Made by a program: the position numbers and the translations under genes. This document shows positions 14,698 through 28,896 of a stretch of 64,000 nucleotides of DNA, piece by piece; the first letter of the stretch is position 1; each line of letters begins with the position of its first letter. This DNA comes from Octopus sinensis (lineage: Eukaryota). The DNA lies in assembly GCF_006345805.1 (NCBI RefSeq), contig NC_043006.1:81344001-81408000 (forward strand), in the 5' to 3' direction. The notes beneath the pieces were generated by a model, which saw only the letters and a list, made by a program, of their open reading frames with translations, was not told where the DNA came from and did no database searches.

Positions 14698-14808
14698 AGC
14701 ACGTGACCGACCAGACTTCAGATGTTGCTAAACATCGCTGGTCACAATGCGTTCGCATTGTTTTAGCCTTCGAATGACGCCACCCCGCTGGCTAAGCGAG
14801 CAGGCCAA
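14691..14808. repeat. 118-bp GC-rich island between (TA)n arrays
   Basis: TCACGTGAGCACGTGA; perfect hairpin ACAATGCG-TT-CGCATTGT. Confidence 0.5.
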
Positions 14809-14812
14809 TATA

Positions 14813-14887
<75 letters not shown>

Positions 14888-15104
14888 ACATATGGTGTGT
14901 GTGCTGAGTGAACGCATGCATATATACGTTTGTCTTTCTAAATGCGTGCATGTATATTGTGTATGACCTGTCGATACTTAAGACTACAATCTATAACAAA
15001 TAAAATTATTCTACATGCTCACTTTATATTACATTTATGTTATTACACACACACAGACACATGTATATATATATATATAGTATATATATATATATATATA
15101 TAAT

Positions 15105-15138
<34 letters not shown>

Positions 15139-15184
15139 ATATATTATATATATATATTATATATATATATATATATTATATATA

Positions 15185-15365
15185 ACGGGAAGATTTACGA
15201 AAATAAACAAAAGACGAAGGCAGGTGGAATACAAGCAAACAATTGTATTAGTATGGCGGTCAGGAATATAAATAAAACAAGTCTTTTACGTTTCGAGCCT
15301 ACGCTCTTCAACAGAAAGATACACAGAAAAGAAACACGGAGAGAAACAAGGAGATAAAAAAAAAT
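15185..15365 (-). mobile_element. Short HHR-like element at (TA)n
   Basis: Homologous to 38797-38965. Confidence 0.7.
15282..15319 (-). ncRNA. Hammerhead-like motif (core CTGTTGA)
   Basis: Minus strand TCTTT-CTGTTGA-A-GAGC(gtag)GCTC-GAAAC-GTA-AAAGA. Confidence 0.55.
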
Positions 15366-16339
15366 CAATGAATGCACACATGCATATATCAATATCTATA
15401 TGTTTATACGTGTATGCTTCTATACCCGTCGTCATTATCTGCACGCATGTACATACATATCTGTATATTTGCAGATATATAACTGCATACAAATTTTCTA
15501 AAATATGTTTTTTTAATTCATGTAAACACATAGTCACGCACTCATAAGTGCATGCATACTTGCTTTCTGATGATGTTTATATACGCATCTCTCCTATAGA
15601 TAAGCGCCCATACTATATACATACACTTGTAATGTCAAATATCTTCTATTCAATCACATAATATCCAAATATTTCCATTAAGGTAAGAAAACTTGCACAC
15701 GGGCATCTAATTTCGAAAAGATATCATATAATAAGAAATTACTTATTAGGTAGTCTGTTAGAAAAATAGAGAATTCCATTAGTGAAATTTTTGCTGAAAA
15801 TAGAAAAAATATATAAACGAAAATTAATTCTTTCGTTCCGTAATGCAAACAGCAAAATCCATTACGTTCTACAATGCAAAACGGAAAACCGAATTATGCT
15901 GCCTCCATCACCACTACTTAAAATAGAAATTGATACCTAGGTTTGACCTGACAATTTGAAGCTTTTGCTTTTGCCAAACGAGACAAATATTCATCAATAA
16001 AACAGTCATGATTTGAGAAATTTTGCAAAAAAGTTCAGATAACAATTACATGATAAATTCTAGACGATAATAACAACGGTTCTTTACAGTTACGCTTTAA
16101 ATTATTTGTATATTCAATCGTAAAACGCTTCATTTTTTTTGGAATTTTTAAAAATTAATTTTTAGGTAAATATATATATTTTCTTTTACCATTTTGGAAG
16201 AATTCTACCGTTTATCATAAATTTTGAAAAAGCAGAAAAAATCTGATGAAATAGTTATTTGCCAGAAGCAAAAAAACAAATGTTGGTGTTGTTTAACTAC
16301 CGGTCGGCCCTTTGGCTCGGCAGAACCATTACGCTAGGC

Positions 16340-17400
16340 ATTGTAGATGCGACAATCCTATCTTCTCTCATATCTTGATTGATCAGGCTGAAGGAAATAC
16401 GCCAACTGCTGCTGCAAAGAAAAGAAAATTGATTGCAAAAACAAAAGCGCATGAAAAATAAGCTAGCAGATGGGAACAGAATCCTCTGCATGGCAAATAT
16501 GTGGCCCGTAGCAAACAAGTTCATGTCGACCAGAAACACACGCACCAATGGTTACGAAGCTCAGGGCTAAAAGCTGAGAGTGAAGGTTTCATATTAGCTG
16601 CTCAAGACCAAAGCTTATTAACACGGAACTACCAAGCCAATGTGATAAAAATGGAGCTGAGCCAAAAAGCCGATTCTGTAACGATGAGATTGAAACTATA
16701 GACCACATAATCTCATAATGGTGTAGAGTCTTAGCACCTGTAGAATATAAAGCAAGACATGACAGAGTTGGCCAGTATTTAAACTGGATAATATGTCGGC
16801 ATTATAAAATCAAAACCGCTGACAAAGGGTATAAACACCATCCTGAAGCTGTGACTGAGGGAGAAAATGTATCGATTCTATGGGACTTACCCGTACATAC
16901 CGACAAAACTATAAAAGCTAATAAACCGGATATTATTTTAAAAGATCTGACAAAAAGGATATGTTTATTAATTGACATGAGTATTCCTTGCGATCACAAT
17001 ATAGCGGCGAAAGAATTTGACAACATCAGTAAATATAAAGACTTGCTAATAGAAATTGAAAAAAATGTGGCATCTCAAGGCGACTACAGTATCAGTGATT
17101 GTAGGATCTCTAGGAATGATAAAAAAAGGTACTGAAACCTATTTGAAAATGATACCAGGCTTATCATCCCTACTGGAAGTGCAAAAAATCGTGTTAACTG
17201 GAACAGTTCATGTACTGAGAAGAGCATTATCGCTGTGAAAGCAACATCCATTTATAAATTTATTTATTTATTAATTTTTTTAAATACATATTTTACATGT
17301 GAATTTGCGTGTGTAATCTGGGAATGCATACAATGAGCTTCTCTGCTCTATGTGTACGGAAAATACTCGGCGAGAAACAGAAGAAAATTTGAAGAAAGAA
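16340..17400 (+). mobile_element. 5'-truncated R4/Dong-like non-LTR retrotransposon (Zn-knuckle + restriction-like endonuclease), frameshifted
   Basis: WLRSSGLKAESEGFILAAQDQSLLTRNY; RHDRV; NKPDIILKD...LIDMSIP; MWHL...VIVGSLGMI...QKIVLTGTVHVLRR; 3' end abuts (AAT)n. Confidence 0.9.
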
Positions 17401-17408
17401 AAATAATA

Positions 17409-17470
<62 letters not shown>

Positions 17471-18223
17471 GTAATAATGATTATGATGAGAGATGATGAT
17501 GATGAGGATGATGAGGATGATGATAGTTTCTTAATTATAAATAGTGAAAAGATAATCCAGTGGTTTCTCGTAAGTAATTCTTTATAGAAGTAGAAAAGTA
17601 GAAAAGCAAGTAACAACAACACCGAGAATAGATAAATATAAAAATCTGTTGTCGCTGCAATTACTAAGCTTACATATATATATGTGGAAGACTTATGACG
17701 CGTTGTGAATTTCTAAATCTATATTTAAACTAATTTATTTCGATAATTTTACAAAGAAATGGATATGGTATCTATTTTCTTTTCGTATAAATTCAATTTA
17801 ATGCAATCTATTTCCAAGAATAGATAGATGAAAGTTGTTAGTTAATTAAGATTTAATAATTTAGTTTCAATAAATGATATTCAGCTTCCTTAAATAAACG
17901 AAAAAAATATTCACTCTTTGTGTATCATGCTAAATGTATATACACAGCCGGAAGGCAAATGGCGTGATGCCTTCTTTTATTTATTATTTTTTTCTTTAAG
18001 CTACACCAAGTGAGAGAGAGAACCTCTTGATAGACGTATGCTGTGTTTAAAACAATATAGATTGGAACGAGGTGAGCATCGTCGCAGCAGTGACATACAA
18101 GATCGACGCTACTGCGATGACCTTTGTCTCGTTTTGATATATGAATGTATATATATATATATGTATGTATGTATATACACACTTAATATACATATATATG
18201 ATTATACATATATATATATATTT

Positions 18224-18271
<48 letters not shown>

Positions 18272-19044
18272 CACCAAACTTCAGAATTTTCCCCCTCTAC
18301 CAATTTAGGGACGATACAACTCGAGACAACGAATAAGTAAAGAAAATCTCTTTATTACAAAATACAAGCCACTTCTAACGGGTCTACGACAAACAATTAA
18401 TATACTCAATTTAGAATAAAAGAAATATATACACACACAAATATTACACTCCATAGAATCCATTACTATCAGCCCATCACAGCTAAACTTACACCCATTC
18501 ATATTCTCCCTTCTCTGTTTTTTCTTCTTCTTCTTTTTCCTCTTCTTCTTCACCATCATCATATCATCATCATCGTCGTCAATCATCATCACCACCATCA
18601 TCACCACCATCTTCTCCTTCTCCTTCTTCTTCTTCTTTTCTTCTTCTTCTTCTTCTTCTTCTTCTTCTTCATCATCATCATCATCAACATCGCCATCTTC
18701 TTCTTCTTCCTTCTCCACTTCCACCCCTTAACCTTGTCACTAATGTCTTTCAGTATAACGCCTACGCAAATTCATAAACAATTCCTGAATTGAACTGCGA
18801 CTACTGTCAGCCATGACCATTCAAAATACGACCATTAAGGCATTCCCAGATTTCCCACCCCCTCTCCACTCAGCCTCATTATTCTTCACCTATCCTACCA
18901 AGAACTCAAAACGACCTCGAACACACAAGTGCAAACAAGGGAGTCAGAGAAAGGCAGATGCTATTATATCTGAACACTACTACAGAAATATTCTTTTAAA
19001 AAAACTTTTCTTCTAATTTTCTAAATTTAATTATTTAATCGTTA

Positions 19045-19082
19045 CAGTTGAAAAGGTCTCAAAATGACCGAAACCGGTACTG
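19045..19082 (+). ncRNA. Minimal hammerhead ribozyme, U3-A8 core variant
   Basis: CAG-TTGAAAA-GGTC(tcaaaat)GACC-GAAAC-CG-GTA-CTG; palindromic stem III ACCGGT; stem I only 3 bp. Confidence 0.65.
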
Positions 19083-19208
19083 AAAGATTCACTATAAAAT
19101 CATCTTAGCATGTTCTATTTTTGACTTGTTTTTTCATATATATATATATATATATACATATAATATATATATATATATTATATTATATATATATTATATA
19201 TATATACA

Positions 19209-19258
<50 letters not shown>

Positions 19259-19319
19259 TATATATATATATTATATATATATCTATATAATATATATATA
19301 ATATATATATATATATAAT

Positions 19320-19363
<44 letters not shown>

Positions 19364-19364
19364 G

Positions 19365-19760
19365 ATATGTAGAAAAATACAAACTGTGGCAAGAACGCAT
19401 AACACTTAGAAGACGATACAACAAACACAGACAGGACATTCGAAGCCCTCAGTCTTCAGTCAAGAACCGGATCATCGTAGTAATTTCGGCTGATTATCTT
19501 GAGATTACTAGATCCGGCCAGCCCTCCAGGAAAAACTAAGCAACGAGCATTAGAAAAACTAAGCTGGGAGCGTAGATTTCCTGGAAGAAGGATCGAATGC
19601 ATACGAACACAGGGACAGCCCAAAACGGACGGTGCCACACGAATATAAAAAACAAAAAACAATAATGAAATACAAAAACATGAAATACAAAAGCAATAAT
19701 GGTAAAACAGCAGGTGTCTTACGACTAATAACAGTGCAAACAAGTTTGGCTGGCGTAATA
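19365..19760. repeat. Dispersed repeat flanked by (TA)n (family of 35757-36060)
   Basis: Shared GCAAGAACGCA...GACGATACAA...CAGTCAAGAACC.GATCATC...ATTTCGGCTGATT...GGAAAAACTAA. Confidence 0.65.
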
Positions 19761-21192
19761 TATATATATATTATCATTACAGATATAGGGTGAAAGATAA
19801 TTAATTTTATAAAATCAACAAATTTCACCTAGTAGTTTTTCGGTATGGAAAAGACTGTTTGATTTCATTATTTTTCTTATTTTTTGCCATGTGTGAGTTA
19901 CAAATATTGTCGTCTGTGGAGACATATTTTTGTAGAAAAAGGAAATAGTAGTCTTTTAGCTGCTTTTTCTAAAATTTTCGGTATACAGTATTTGTAACTT
20001 ACACATGGCAAAAAAAAGACAAATAATGAAATCAAACATATATATATATATTGTTTTTAACACATGCCCATGAAGAGATTTCCTTTCAGACCAAAAGAAA
20101 AGAAAATTAACCGATATGAAAACAAACAAAAAAACCAGAGGCATCATGCATCTTAATGGTATACACACATTTAGTATGCCACAAATGACGATTTTAATTC
20201 AATGCTACTTCAGTTACGTTCACCGAGATACTAAACAATATATTTCTCCCCTTTTAACTCCTTGTGAAATATCAGTATTAATCCCGAATTACGCGACGGT
20301 TGACGACAGAATTTGTAGAGTAGAGAAGAATAAATGAAATTCATACAATCTTATTTCTGTTCCACGTGTAAGTCTGTAACGAACAAATTGCTACAATTCT
20401 AGGTTATGCTGTTATTTGCATATTTATGAAAAAGCAAACTGACAAGCATTCAGTCAATTCCTTTTGTTCGTTTTAGAATCCTTCGAAAGTTCTATTCTTC
20501 TTTCATTATTCTGTATTGTAAAAATCAGCCACATGAACAATTTCCTTGTACAACGAAGGCATTCTTCACATTGATTTTTATTTAAAGAATTGCAACTAAT
20601 TTCAATAAAATGAAAAGCAGACGTTACGGTTTATTGAATTACAATAACATTTTGCTTCATAAATTCTGTATAACTAAGATTTTCAGCAAACGCGCACGCG
20701 CGTATGTGCGCAACAATACTTCAATGTTACCGAGATTTTCTTTACTTTCATCTTTGGAACACGGTGGCATACGTAAAATACACCATTGTTGTTCTTTCGT
20801 TTTTAACACTGAGTCGGCCCTGATCGGGCAGACTTATGTCCAGAGCAGTAACTTCCCAATTGTATTTCGGGCTGGATGTTCAGGGTCCGTTTTTATTAAG
20901 TTTTTTTTTTTTTGTCATGTCCAACACCTAAATGAAAAGCAAGATTAACCAGGGAAAATGTTGTAAATTTCGAATCTGCTGCAGAGGACATGTTCTGCGC
21001 TCGGACTCGTTCTCGCTACTCTTCTGTTGCAAAAGCATTCCAGACGTGACTATCTCAGCTGAGACTACCTTTACATTCCGTTCGTTCAGCCTCCAAAATG
21101 TGTGACGTTGTATTAAATGTTATATATGTTTATTTTTTTACTTTTTGATTTAATAAAAGATTAGACGTAATAAACATTGGGCAGATTAAGTA

Positions 21193-21656
21193 TCTTTTAC
21201 TCTTTTACTCTTTTACTTGTTTCAGTCATTTGACTGTGGCCATGCTGGAGCACCACCTTTTACTCGAGCAAACCGACTTATTCTTTGTAAGCCTAGTACT
21301 TATTCTATCAGTCTCTTTTGCCGAACCGCTAAGTTACGGGGACGTAAACACACCAGCATCGGTTGTCAAGCGATGTTTCGGGGACAAACACAGACACACC
21401 AAACATATACACATGCACATACATATATATATATATATATAATATATATATATATATTATATATATTATATATATATATATACATATATACGACGGGCTT
21501 CTTTCAGTTTCCGCCTACCATTTCCACTGACAAGGCTTTAGTCAGCCCGAGGCTATAGTAGAAGACACTTGCCCAAGGTGCCACACAGTGGGACTGAACC
21601 CGGAACCATGTGGTTCGTAAGCAAGCTACTTACCACACAGCCACTCCTACGCCTAT
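21193..21656 (-). mobile_element. tRNA-derived SINE (family A) with internal microsatellite
   Basis: Head AGGAGTGGCTGTGTGGTAAG...GGTTCAGTCCCAC (A/B boxes); (AGTAAAAG)n tail. Confidence 0.85.
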
Positions 21657-22479
21657 TATATAGAATTATTTATGTTTTATGAAGAAACGACGAGATTGTT
21701 GAAACATTAGATTTTTATTAATCACCTACAGTATTCCCAATCTTTTTCCAAAGCATTTACCTTTCATTGTGCTCTTATTTTCCCTTTATTTGTCGAGCAA
21801 TTACGGCACTTTTGATATGAAACGACACATAGATTCAGCAATAACTTATTCACACATGGACGAAAAGTACAACACAATCAATAACACGAACAACAGTGTT
21901 GCCAAGATATAACTAATGGAAAAGCAATAAGAAAAGTGTAATAAGGTTTAAATCAAACTGGTGAAAATGAGTGGAAGTAGGATAATAGACCATTTAATAC
22001 TATATCGGTGTCAAAATTATTTATATATTTCTTTCTTACACTGATAATTGCCAAGTAACATCTTGGAAAATTGTATCCGTTCGTCTAAAGAAATAGCAAA
22101 TGTTTCGAAGTCCAAAGGTTCTCTTTTTCTTTCTTATTTTGTCTTTTTGTGTTCTTATCAATGACTAAACAATTTATTTTCTAAATTATGACAATTTATA
22201 TCACCACTTCTATTGTATAATTGTAAATATATATGATTGTCAAAAACGTTTTATAGCATATTCCTCTTGAAAGTTTAGATGTAACAACATTTAATTTATA
22301 CGTTTAATTCACTCGTACACATATACATATATCTAGTATATATATATAAATTATATATGAGTGTATGTGTATGTATGTATACATACATATGCATTTATAT
22401 ATATATGTATAAATATATATATATATATATCTATATATATATATATAATAATACATATATATATATATATTATAGATAT

Positions 22480-22511
<32 letters not shown>

Positions 22512-22535
22512 CATATAGATATATATATATTATAG

Positions 22536-22566
<31 letters not shown>

Positions 22567-22659
22567 ACACGCACATATATATGTGTGTGTGTGTATCTAT
22601 GTATAAAACTATACTTACATATATATTATATATATATGTATGTATACTATTTTTTTCTT

Positions 22660-23175
<516 letters not shown>

Positions 23176-23859
23176 TGCTTCATTCATTGAACTAAGACCA
23201 TGCTACAGCACCGCCTTGAAATATTTAGTCAAAGAAATCGACTCAAGTTGCTTTTTAAGTCTTATAATTATAACGTCAGTCTCTTTGCGTAACTGCTAAC
23301 TTATGGGGACCTAAAACCAAACCATGTTTCACGTCTGTAGTTACGCTTTCAAAGAACAATTTTCTTTTTGAATATATCGGCTTCATTTTCCTCAACTTTA
23401 CAAATACTTATGGTGCATTAAACATTACTAGCAAATCTACCCATCTACGATGGAAGCTTAAAATGAGGGAGGTAAGTCATAACACCAGTATGTATTGAGA
23501 AATGTGTAAATTGACTTCTTAGATGTCTTAGAGAAATTACATTATTGCTGGTGATACAGTGTTCTGTTGCAGCTATATGACATGTATTTCGTCTAAGTGA
23601 CATGCGATGACGATTCGCTCCTGAACTGAATTCTAAACTCCATTCATATCTATAATGGGGCCATGAATTCTTCATGAGTTACTAATGCTCGGTGAATTTC
23701 TAATAAAAATGAGAAGGTGGTTTATCATTTCAAAAATCGATATTCACGAAATAATCATACTTTCTGATTTCTTAATACTATAAACTTTCCTGACGACCGT
23801 CTTTGTAATCCCGAAAAATAATCGTAACCATTCGTCTAGCTGTCCGGCTGTGAAGAGGA

Positions 23860-25629
23860 AAGAGTTTGGGAATATGAGTTCTTCCTTGGAAATACAGCAT
23901 CGCAGACAGCTCGGAATATTAGTGGAGTATTTCATTCATACAGCAGCCAGTATCAAATTGGTTAGCAAAAATTTGTTCTGGTTGTTTTGACCTAAAAAAT
24001 GAGCAACGCGTTCGACTAGAAACAAAAGTGGATAATGATGAACTGAAAGCCACCGTCGAGTCAGATCCATTTCAAAGTTCCCCTGATTTATTGTTGTTCT
24101 TTGGTGTAAGCAAGCAAACAATATTGACTCACCTAGTTCAAATCGGTAAAGGGAAAAAGTTGGATAAGAGGGTTCCCAATGAACTCAATGAAAATCAGAA
24201 TCAGCAACGTTTGGAAACCGGCATTATGCTACTTTCTCATCACAAAAAGGAATCATTTTTGAATCGAATTGTAACATGTGATGAGAAATGGATCCAGTAT
24301 AACAACCGTATACGTTCAGTACAATGGTTGTACAAAGACGAGCCATCAAAACACAGTCCAAAAAGCAAAATTCATAAAAAGAAGCTGATGGTGTGTGTTT
24401 GGTGGTCTGGCGCAGTTGCGATCCAATATGATTTCATTAAACCTCGCTCATCAATCATAGGTACTGCAGCCAACTGGACCGAATGATGCAGAAACTTACG
24501 AAAAAAAAACCCAACCTAGATTAGTCAACAGATCCAATCTTATTTTATTGAAATACAACACCAGACCACAAATCGCAAAAATGACATTGGTGAAACTACA
24601 GGAGTTGGACTTTTAATTTCTCCATCATCCATCATACTCACCTGATCTTGCCCCTACTGACTACCACGTCTTCCAGAATTTGGATAACTAATAGGAAAAA
24701 AAATTAATTCCGACGATGCAGTAAAACCAATGCCCAGTATCTTTTACAATCTCTCGAACAAGCCTCAAATTGTGTAGGTCTTTACCTCAATGAGGCCAAG
24801 ACTGAATATATAAACAAGTGCCCGTCTAACAGTGATTGCATCATCCATACTCTCAACAATGCGCCCTTAAATATGGTTTCTGATTACAAATATCTTGGGT
24901 CATACATATCATCATCTGGAAAAGATTTTCTAACTAGAAAGGGTATGGCCTGGTCAGCCTGTAATGACATGCATAAGATCTGGTCATCAAATCTAAGTAG
25001 AGACTTCAAACTTGAAATCTTCAAAGCCACAGTCGAACCATTTCTACTATATGGCTCAGAACCTGACGTTATCAAAGAAGCTTCAGAGGCGGTTGGATGG
25101 AACCTACACTCGCCTCCTTATGAGAGCTCAAAATCTCTCGTGGGAGCGCCATCCAACCAAAATGCAAATATATGGGAAACTACCACCTGTGTCATCTCTT
25201 GTGAAAGGTAGGAGACTCCAGTTTGCTGGACATTGTTGTAGAGCTGGAAAAGAGGTAATTTCTACTCTCCTCTTCTGGAAGCCATCTACTCGCAATGCCA
25301 GAGGGCGCACACTCCCCTACCCTGATGTAATCTCCAGGGATACAGGCATCCAGCAACAGGACCTCCGTAATGCCATGATAGACCGTGAGGTCTGGCGTAG
25401 CATGGTAAATTCCATTGTCTCGACCACGGTCGAACAATGATGATGATGAAAACAAGCCTTCCAAGGTTTTTATTGACTCTAGATTGCCAGGCTTCTATAG
25501 TTCCGGGCTGAAACAGCAAAAGTATATTGGCAATATGGGTGCATACTTTGATGAATAAAACTATTCTATTTATAAAACATTCGCAAACGTTTTTTTACTT
25601 TTCTACAAATTTCATACTTAACCACCTGA
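23860..25629 (+). mobile_element. Decayed mariner transposon interrupted by a LINE
   Basis: YEFFLGNTASQTARNISGVF; IVTCDEKWIQYNN; KKLMVCVWW; HPSYSPDLAPTDYH; DDAVK|QAFQGFIDSR...GAYFDE; 3' TIR-like end ...TTAACCACCTGA-TA. Confidence 0.9.
24728..25448 (+). mobile_element. 5'-truncated RTE/RTEX-like LINE
   Basis: YKYLGSYISSSGKDF...RKGMAWSAC...LLYGSE; LDGTYTRLL...RRLQFAGHC; (TGA)n tail; AAAAC target duplication 24723-24727/25449-25453. Confidence 0.9.
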
Positions 25630-25705
25630 TACTTATGTGTATATTTATATACGTACGTATGTAAATATACACATACATACATACATACATACATACATAC
25701 ATACA

Positions 25706-25767
<62 letters not shown>

Positions 25768-25888
25768 CGCATGGATGCACTCCTATACATACACACATAC
25801 ACATACATACATACATACATACATACATACATACATACATACATACATACATACATACATACATACATACATACATGGTTGGATGGAA

Positions 25889-26254
25889 GCACTCCGTCGG
25901 TTACGACGGCGAGGGTTCCGGTTGATCCGAATCAACGGAACAGCCGGCTCGGGAAATTAACGTGTAAGTGGCTGAGCACTCCACAGACACGTGTACCCTT
26001 AACGTAGTTCTCGGGGATATTCAGCGTGACACAGAGAGTGACAAGGCCAGCCCTTTGAAATACAGGTACAACAGAAACAGGAAGTAAGAGTGAGAGAAAG
26101 TTGTGGTGAAAGAGTACAGCAGGGATCACCACCATCCCCTGCCGGAGCCTCGTGGAGCTTTTAGGTGTTTTCATTCAATAAACACTCACAACGCCCGGTC
26201 TGGGAACCGAAACCGCGAGTCCGCTGCCCTAACCACTGGGTCATTGCGCCTCCA
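25889..26254 (-). mobile_element. tRNA-derived SINE (family B)
   Basis: Head GGAGGCGCAATGACCCAGTGGTTAGGGCAGCGGACTCG; tail ...GTCGTAACCGACGGAGTG. Confidence 0.85.
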
Positions 26255-26718
26255 CATACATACATACATACATACATACATACATACATACATACATACA
26301 TACGCACATAAATGTTTGAATATATATCCGAGTATGAATAACCTACTTTCAGTTCTGTGTAGTATATAAATCTTATTGAACGAGTATATCGAAATACAGA
26401 ATAGATCAATGGCATTGTACTGTATCAGTCTTCAACAGAACAACTAATAAATGTCAATAATTACAACCTCAAAATATTTAGCACTTCCTGAATCCGATTC
26501 TTATCTGCTACTGATAGTAGATAAAGCAAATAGCGAAACATTTCAATACGAAACCTTTGAATTTAGTGAACTGTTGTTAGACATAAGTGTCAATATGAAT
26601 TCTATACGCCATCGTTTCAAAGTATGAACGAAGTGATTCAATATATATACATATATATACATATATATATATATAAGATATATACAGATATATATATATA
26701 TATATATATGTATGTCTG

Positions 26719-26758
<40 letters not shown>

Positions 26759-27337
26759 TTTATGAAAGAATGGAGTTGAACGACTTGTTAACAAATTTCC
26801 TTTATTTTCGACATATGTTTCGAAGGCTGCATATTCCTAATTCCGAAGGAATAAGGAGTACATTTTGCAGATTTCTCATCAGGAAAGGCAAGGAACTTAT
26901 GTCGACATCAAAATGCACAAAAAACTTTTTAAAATAAACATACAAATTTCCGCACGAAAGCACGTAGTCTATGCCCTGGGGACGTAACTTCAACCGTGTT
27001 CTTTCTGATGTGACTTTGCTACCCAGGTGTTGGTTATCTTTCGAATTATCCTTAATAAGATAATTCATTCAACTACTAAAATATATATATATATATTATA
27101 TAGGTATATTTGTATATATATAAGTATATATATATCATATAATATATATTATATGATATAGTGTGTGTGGTGTTTTGTGTATATAATTAAATGTAACTAT
27201 AATATATATATAGATTATATATATTATATATATATATATATATAATATAAAGTTAATCCAAACACGAAAGCACAAAAAAACACAACGCCGAGGACGTGGA
27301 ACAAATTATTGGACTCTCAGGAAAAAAGCAAAGGAGG

Positions 27338-27372
27338 GTTTAACGTTTCGAGCGGAGCTCTTCGTCGGAAAC
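27338..27372 (-). ncRNA. Minimal hammerhead ribozyme
   Basis: Minus strand GTTT-CCGACGA-A-GAGC(tcc)GCTC-GAAAC-GTT-AAAC. Confidence 0.7.
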
Positions 27373-27483
27373 ATAGGAGAAGGAAAGATCCAGAGAAGGA
27401 AGACAGAGGAAACAAAATCGCCAACGGTATACCACACGGTCACATTTATAAGGAAATATATATATATATATGTATAATGTATA

Positions 27484-27526
<43 letters not shown>

Positions 27527-27702
27527 GTGTGTGTGTGTTTGTGTATATATATGTAAATGTATATATATTATATATAATATATATATATATAATATATATA
27601 TATAATATATATAAAGTTAATCCCAACAAGAAAGCACAAAAAAAAACACAACGCGAGGACGTGGAACAAATTATTGGACTCTCAGGAAAAAAGCAAAGGA
27701 GG

Positions 27703-27736
27703 GTTTAACGTTTCGAGCGGAGCTCTTCGTGGAAAC
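27703..27736 (-). ncRNA. Hammerhead copy with 1-nt core deletion
   Basis: Same as 27338-27372 but core reads CCACGA. Confidence 0.5.
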
Positions 27737-27850
27737 ATAGGAGAAGAAAGATCCAGAGAAGGGAAGACAGAGGAAACAAAATCGCCAACGGTATACACAC
27801 GGTCACATTTATAAGTAAATATATATATATTATGTATATATACATATATA

Positions 27851-27905
<55 letters not shown>

Positions 27906-27936
27906 ATATATATATATGAAAAGGGTAAAGGATAAA

Positions 27937-27977
<41 letters not shown>

Positions 27978-27979
<2 letters not shown>

Positions 27980-28395
27980 CCTTTACCCGTTTCAGTCATT
28001 AAACACCGGCTATTCTGGGGCTACGCCTTGATGAATTTCAGACGAATGAATCGACTTTAGTACTTTTTATCTATTTTAAGCTTGGTACGTATTCTATCGG
28101 CCTCTTTGCTGAACAGTTAAGATACTGAGAAGTAAATACACCAACATCGGTTATCAAGAGGTGGTGGGGGATAAGCAAACGCACACAGCCACAGACACGC
28201 ACGCACACACACACATGGAGACACATATATGCGATGGTTTTCTTTCAGATTCCGTCAACCAAATCCACTCCCAAGACTTTGTGGTCCCGTGACTATAGTA
28301 GAAGACACTTGTCCAGATTGCCACGCAATGGGACTCAACCCGGAACCATTCGGTTGGGGAGCAAGCTTCTTAAAACACACTCACGCCTACGCCTA
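27978..28395 (-). mobile_element. SINE family A
   Basis: Homologous to 21193-21656. Confidence 0.75.
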
Positions 28396-28851
28396 ATATA
28401 TGTATACATATGCGCGCATACACACACACATATATGTATCACTGTTGGATGTTAGTATACTTAGCCGATCTGAATGCTCTCATTATCATTGATATAAATT
28501 TGGAATGACACTATACAGCTGGCTTTTACAACTGACCTGGCAAAAACAGCAGGTAATGAAAAAAGGGTCTCACAGAGACGATGCATGCACTGCGTGCAGA
28601 TAAATTTTTTCGCAAATTATAGTATGGTTTATAATGCGTTTGCTTACCCATGACTTTTAATTGAACTGAATTAAGCTTTGTAAGTGTTTGACTAAACTTG
28701 CTAATCAGGAAATTTGTAAGCTGGATTAAAATTCTTTTTTCCTTTCTTATTTTAAGTATCACCATTATAGGTATTTATGCACCGGTGAAATTAAGAAATC
28801 AACTCGTAAATAAACGAAACCCTCGAATCCATCATTACACACACACACACG

Positions 28852-28896
<45 letters not shown>

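Larger units (their letters stand above)
27249..27816 (-). mobile_element. Tandem pair of about 200-bp HHR-bearing elements separated by (TA)n
   Basis: 27249-27455 and 27614-27816 nearly identical; each carries the HHR. Confidence 0.75.

Noticed and set aside
19430-19500. Hammerhead in the 19365/35757 family (minus CTGAAGA...CGAAT-GTC)
   Set aside because: No stem I pairing and GAAA not intact.
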